Shown one piece after another: positions 59,934 through 64,000 of a DNA stretch of 64,000 nt; position 1 is the first letter of the stretch, and every line of letters begins with the position of its first letter. The stretch covers positions 14,538 through 78,537 of the IMG/VR virus record IMGVR_UViG_3300046794_000123; one strand, 5' to 3'. A program made the translations under genes and the position numbers. A model generated the notes under the pieces. That model was not told the DNA's origin. It was given only the letters and a program-made list of their open reading frames with translations, and did not search any database. The stretch comes from a virus.

Positions 59934-62101
59934 TTGATCTCACCGGAGTCACCCACCATCCGGCAATCGAAGAGATTGTCGATCTGCTCTGTAACAAGAC
60001 GCAGAACACCGACCGCGGATTCTTCCGCACCGAAGTTGCCTACTTCCTCGGGAAGATGGCGAGCAACATGCGTGCAACCATCGTCACGAAGGATCGTGGT
60101 GAGATTCCGGTGAACATCTACGCACTGGCTCTCGCCACCTCGGGCTTCGGCAAAGGCCACTCGGTCTATGTTGTCGAGAACGAAATCATCGCCGGATTTA
60201 AGAAGCGCTTCGTCGAAGACACGTTCCCAGTGATTGCCGAGAAGAACCTCTGGGACATCGCCAACAACCGCGCACTGAAGAACCAGTCCGATGCAAACGA
60301 CGAGTTCGAACAGGTACAGGCGGAGTTCAAGCGTAATGGTACGCTCGTCTTCACGTTCGATTCCGGAACACCGCCGGCCGTCAAGCAGATGCGCAACAAG
60401 TTCCTGATGGCACAGTGCGGCGGGATCTCATTGCAGATAGACGAAATCGGCTCGAACCTCATTGGCTCAGTCGATGTGCTGAACCTGTTTCTGGAGCTGT
60501 ACGACCAGGGCATTACCAAGCAGAAGCTGACCAAGAACACTGCGGAGAACACCCGTGGCGAAGAACTGGATGGCAAGACGCCGACGAACATGCTGCTGTT
60601 TGGCACGCCATCCAAGCTGCTCGATGGTGCCCAGACCGAGGACCAGTTCTACTCGTTCCTCGAAACCGGTTACGCACGCCGGTGCCTCTTTGGCTGGGGC
60701 CAGGTCGAGCGCAAGGCTTCGCACTCGATGACGCCGGAGGAGATCTACGCACGGCTCATTCAGCCGAGCAATGATGTCGCTGCCAAGAAGTGGGCGGCGC
60801 ACTTCCATAAGCTCGCAGATCCGGCCATGTACGGCTGGAAGATCCTGGTCGAGGACCAGGTCGGGATCGAGCTCTTGCGCTACAAGATCGCCTGCGAGGA
60901 AGCCGCTTACGATCTGCCCGAGCATGAAGATGTGAAGAAAGCGGAACTCAACCACCGCTACTTCAAGGCACTGAAGCTGGCTGGTGCCTTTGCCTTTGTC
61001 GACGAGTCCAACGAGATCGAGATGGATCATCTGAAGTCCGCGATCCTGCTCGTCGAAGAGTGCGGCAAGGCATTCGAACAGATCCTCAATCGTGAGAAGA
61101 ATTACGTGAAGCTGGCGAAGTACATCGCTACTTGCGGCAAGGAAGTCACGCATGCGGACCTGAACGAAGACCTTCCGTTCTACAAGGGCGGGCAGGCTTC
61201 GCGCAACGACATGATGAATCTGGCCATTGCCTATGGCTACAAGAATCACATCATCATCAAGAAGTCGTTTGCAGACGGCATCGAGCTCTACAAAGGTGAG
61301 ACTTTGCAGGAGACAAACCTCGACGAGATGACGCTCTCCTACGGGGAACACTGGGCCTACAACTACCTGTCGGAGACGGTACCGTTCGACCAGCTCCACG
61401 TGCTCACCAACGGCGCACAGGATGACGGCTCACCGCTGCACTGGTGCAACCACCATCTGAAGGGCGGTCACCGCTCGGAAGAGAACGTGGTGGCAGGCTT
61501 CAACCTGCTGACACTGGACATTGATGAGGGCGTCACGCTCGATGCGGTGCACGAGCTGATGGAGGAATACAAGTTCATGACGTACACCACCAAGCGCCAT
61601 CAGACGGATGGCCATGGGGACCGTTTCCGTCTGATCCTGCCGATCAACTATCGGCTGGAGCTGAACAGCGACGAGTACAAGGAGTTCATGAACAACGTCA
61701 TGGCGTGGCTCCCGTTCAAGACCGACGAAGCAGCGAACCAGAGAAGCAAGAAGTGGGAGAGCTTTGCAGCTGGCCAGTACCACTACAACCTCGAAGGGAA
61801 GCTGCTCGATGCGCTGCCGTTCATCCCGAAGACCAAGAAGAACGACGAGTATCAAGCCGGGATGAAGGAAATCGAGTCGATGGATAACCTCGAACGCTGG
61901 TTCGCAGGACGCATCGCCTCGGGCAACCGCAACAACAACCTGCTGAAGTACGCCATGGCACTGGTGGATTCGGGCATGGATCTCTACCAGGTCACCCAAG
62001 CTGTGATCGCCTTCAACGGCAAGCTCAGCAATGGCCTGACCGAAGAAGAGATCCGCAGCACGATCCTCATCTCGGTGAGCAAGCGCTACAGCACCAAATA
62101 A
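59930..62101 (+). CDS. DNA primase (N4 gp43)
   Basis: ATSGFGKG, IDEIG, LDID, FRLILP, GNRNN (PriCT-like). Confidence 0.85.
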   Translation: MIDLTGVTHHPAIEEIVDLLCNKTQNTDRGFFRTEVAYFLGKMASNMRATIVTKDRGEIPVNIYALALATSGFGKGHSVYVVENEIIAGFKKRFVEDTFPVIAEKNLWDIANNRALKNQSDANDEFEQVQAEFKRNGTLVFTFDSGTPPAVKQMRNKFLMAQCGGISLQIDEIGSNLIGSVDVLNLFLELYDQGITKQKLTKNTAENTRGEELDGKTPTNMLLFGTPSKLLDGAQTEDQFYSFLETGYARRCLFGWGQVERKASHSMTPEEIYARLIQPSNDVAAKKWAAHFHKLADPAMYGWKILVEDQVGIELLRYKIACEEAAYDLPEHEDVKKAELNHRYFKALKLAGAFAFVDESNEIEMDHLKSAILLVEECGKAFEQILNREKNYVKLAKYIATCGKEVTHADLNEDLPFYKGGQASRNDMMNLAIAYGYKNHIIIKKSFADGIELYKGETLQETNLDEMTLSYGEHWAYNYLSETVPFDQLHVLTNGAQDDGSPLHWCNHHLKGGHRSEENVVAGFNLLTLDIDEGVTLDAVHELMEEYKFMTYTTKRHQTDGHGDRFRLILPINYRLELNSDEYKEFMNNVMAWLPFKTDEAANQRSKKWESFAAGQYHYNLEGKLLDALPFIPKTKKNDEYQAGMKEIESMDNLERWFAGRIASGNRNNNLLKYAMALVDSGMDLYQVTQAVIAFNGKLSNGLTEEEIRSTILISVSKRYSTK

Positions 62102-62109
62102 GGACAAAC

Positions 62110-62391
62110 ATGAAAGATCTGAATTTCGGCCAGGCACTCGACCAGTTGAAGCAGGGACAGGCAGTTGCCCGCAAGGGATGGAACGGCAAAGGCATGTTCG
62201 TTTACCTGGTTCCGAAGAACGCGTATCCGGCCCAGACGGGCATCGCCAAGGCCTACTTCGGTGAAGGCAACCTCGTGCCCTACAACGCTTACTTCGCACT
62301 AAAGGGCGTAGGCGGTGCGGTAAGCACCTGGGTGCCGAGTGTGACGGACTGCCTCGCAGAGGACTGGGAACTGGTCCAGGTCAGTCACTAA
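62110..62391 (+). CDS. DUF2829 / Tad2-like protein
   Basis: NFGQAL..LK.G..VARKGWNGKGMF...WVPSVTDCLAEDW. Confidence 0.8.
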   Translation: MKDLNFGQALDQLKQGQAVARKGWNGKGMFVYLVPKNAYPAQTGIAKAYFGEGNLVPYNAYFALKGVGGAVSTWVPSVTDCLAEDWELVQVSH

Positions 62392-62450
62392 GTAATCACC
62401 GCTCATTCCTTTCCTTGGCTCAAGGAAGGGATGAGCAGACAGGAGAAACC

Positions 62451-63218
62451 ATGAGCGACGTGGCAGCAGACCAAGAGGTCGAGAGGGCTGGAGAAGTCAA
62501 TGACCAGTTGATTCTGGTCGCAGGCTACTCCGGGGAAGGCAAGAGCGCATCGCTGCGCAACATCCGGAACCAGGAGAACTGGGTCTATCTGAACTGCGAA
62601 GCAGGCAAGCGTCTGCCCTTTCGCAACAGGTTCAACAACGTGCGGATCGCCAATCCGTACGAGGTGTGGGACTACTTCGATGACTGCATTGCGAACAAGG
62701 ATCAGGTAGACGGCGTGATCATCGATTCGATCACGTTCCTGCTCGACATGTTCGAGACGCAGTTCATCAACGGCTCGGCCAATGGTCAGAAGGCCTGGGG
62801 GGATTTCAACCAGTTCTTCAAGACCATCATGCAGCAGAAGGTCACCACCTTCGGCAAGCCCGTGGTCATCATCGCCCACTTGCTGGACGTGTACGACGAG
62901 GCGAGCCAGTCGATGAAGGTGAGCGTGCCTGTGAAGGGTTCGCTCAAGAACAACGGCATCGAGGCGTATTTCTCGACGGTCGTCGCTGCCAAGAAGGTTC
63001 CGATCAAGGAGCTGGAGAAGTACGGCAGCAAACTCCTCGACATCACCGAGGAGGAGAAGGAACTGGGATACAAGCACGTGTTCCAGACGCGCATCACCAA
63101 GCAATCCACCGGCATGCGAATCCGTGCACCGATGGGCATGTTCGACAAGGCAGAGACGTACATCGACAACGACTGCCAGAAGTTGCTGGACCACCTGAAC
63201 GAGTTCTACGATATCTGA
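62451..63218 (+). CDS. Sak4-like AAA ssDNA-annealing ATPase (N4 gp44)
   Basis: GYSGEGKS, NCEAGK.LPF, IIDSITF. Confidence 0.85.
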   Translation: MSDVAADQEVERAGEVNDQLILVAGYSGEGKSASLRNIRNQENWVYLNCEAGKRLPFRNRFNNVRIANPYEVWDYFDDCIANKDQVDGVIIDSITFLLDMFETQFINGSANGQKAWGDFNQFFKTIMQQKVTTFGKPVVIIAHLLDVYDEASQSMKVSVPVKGSLKNNGIEAYFSTVVAAKKVPIKELEKYGSKLLDITEEEKELGYKHVFQTRITKQSTGMRIRAPMGMFDKAETYIDNDCQKLLDHLNEFYDI

Positions 63219-63273
63219 TCGGTCAGCACCCGTTTATCACACAACCATTTTTGCAAACGAAAGAAAAAACACT

Positions 63274-64000
63274 ATGAGCACTCTGTTCGGAAATCTCAGC
63301 ACTGAAGGCCTCGAAGAATCCACCGACCGTCTGGGTGGTGGCTTCGGTCCGCGTGACAGCGACATCTACGACTTCGAGATCAAGGCCATGTACGCCGGTC
63401 AGTCGGACTCGGGCGCACGCTCGGTCACCTTCATCGGCACGGAAGGCGGCAAGGAATATCGTGAGACGTTCTGGATCACGAACGGCAAGGGCGAGAACTT
63501 CTTCATGGCCAAGGACAAGGACGGCAAGCCCACGGGCAAGAAGGCGCCCCTGCCCGGCTTCACCATCGTCGACGACATCTGCCAGATCGCCACCGGCAAG
63601 CCGCTCTCGGAGCAGGATACCGAGGACAAGGTCGTGCAGGTGTGGGACCAGGGCAAGCAGGTCAACAAGTCGGTGCCGATGCTGATCGACTGTCTCGGCC
63701 AGCACGTGGCACTCGGCGTCACCCGCCGCAAGGTCAACAAGAACGCCAAGAACGATGCAGGCGTGTACGTGCCGACCGCCGAAGAGCGCGAAGAGAACGC
63801 CACCGACAAGGTGTTCCACCCGGAGCTCAAGCTCACCATCGTCGAAGCCAAGGCCGGTGCCGACAACGCAACCTTCTGGGATGCGTGGCTGGAACTGAAC
63901 AAGGGCAAGACGCAGGACCGTCGCAAGATCAAGGACGGCCAGGGCGAGACCGGCCAGGCAGGTGCACCGAAGGCCAGCCGTGCGTCGAACGCTGCAGCAC
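63274..64000 (+). CDS. N4-type SSB (gp45), truncated by window end
   Basis: MSTLFGNL...TDRLGGGFGPRDSDIY resembles the N4SSB N-terminus. Confidence 0.85.
   Translation, partial: MSTLFGNLSTEGLEESTDRLGGGFGPRDSDIYDFEIKAMYAGQSDSGARSVTFIGTEGGKEYRETFWITNGKGENFFMAKDKDGKPTGKKAPLPGFTIVDDICQIATGKPLSEQDTEDKVVQVWDQGKQVNKSVPMLIDCLGQHVALGVTRRKVNKNAKNDAGVYVPTAEEREENATDKVFHPELKLTIVEAKAGADNATFWDAWLELNKGKTQDRRKIKDGQGETGQAGAPKASRASNAAA

Noticed and set aside
1-64000. Integrase, protelomerase, CI repressor, reverse transcriptase or tRNA genes
   Set aside because: None recognisable in the window by eye. They could lie in the missing part of the genome, and tRNAscan was not run.

Overview
The window is most of the genome of an N4-like podovirus (Schitoviridae), read across the late/early junction. 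Bases 1-24.0 kb hold minus-strand virion, lysis, tail and terminase genes in N4 gp51-gp69 order. Bases 24.7-64 kb hold plus-strand early and middle genes: hairpin vRNAP promoters, gp2, two-subunit RNAP II, AAA/vWA pair, dCTP deaminase, rIIA/rIIB, helicase, DNA polymerase A, primase, Sak4 and SSB. The giant virion RNAP gene is presumably just outside the window. The standout feature is an apparent plasmid replicon between the two RNAP II subunit genes: type Ib parA, a ParG-like RHH partner, an HTH Rep-like gene and an origin-like region with five GTCTC-N5-GAGAC palindromes, an AT-rich tract and a perfect DnaA box. This suggests an N4-like phage-plasmid. A 9-bp motif (GARCCAAGG) occurs about 38 times on both strands, with related CCAAGG units clustered at the par locus. 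There are also at least two strongly structured candidate ncRNAs. Family assignments come from motif recognition and gene order, not database searches.
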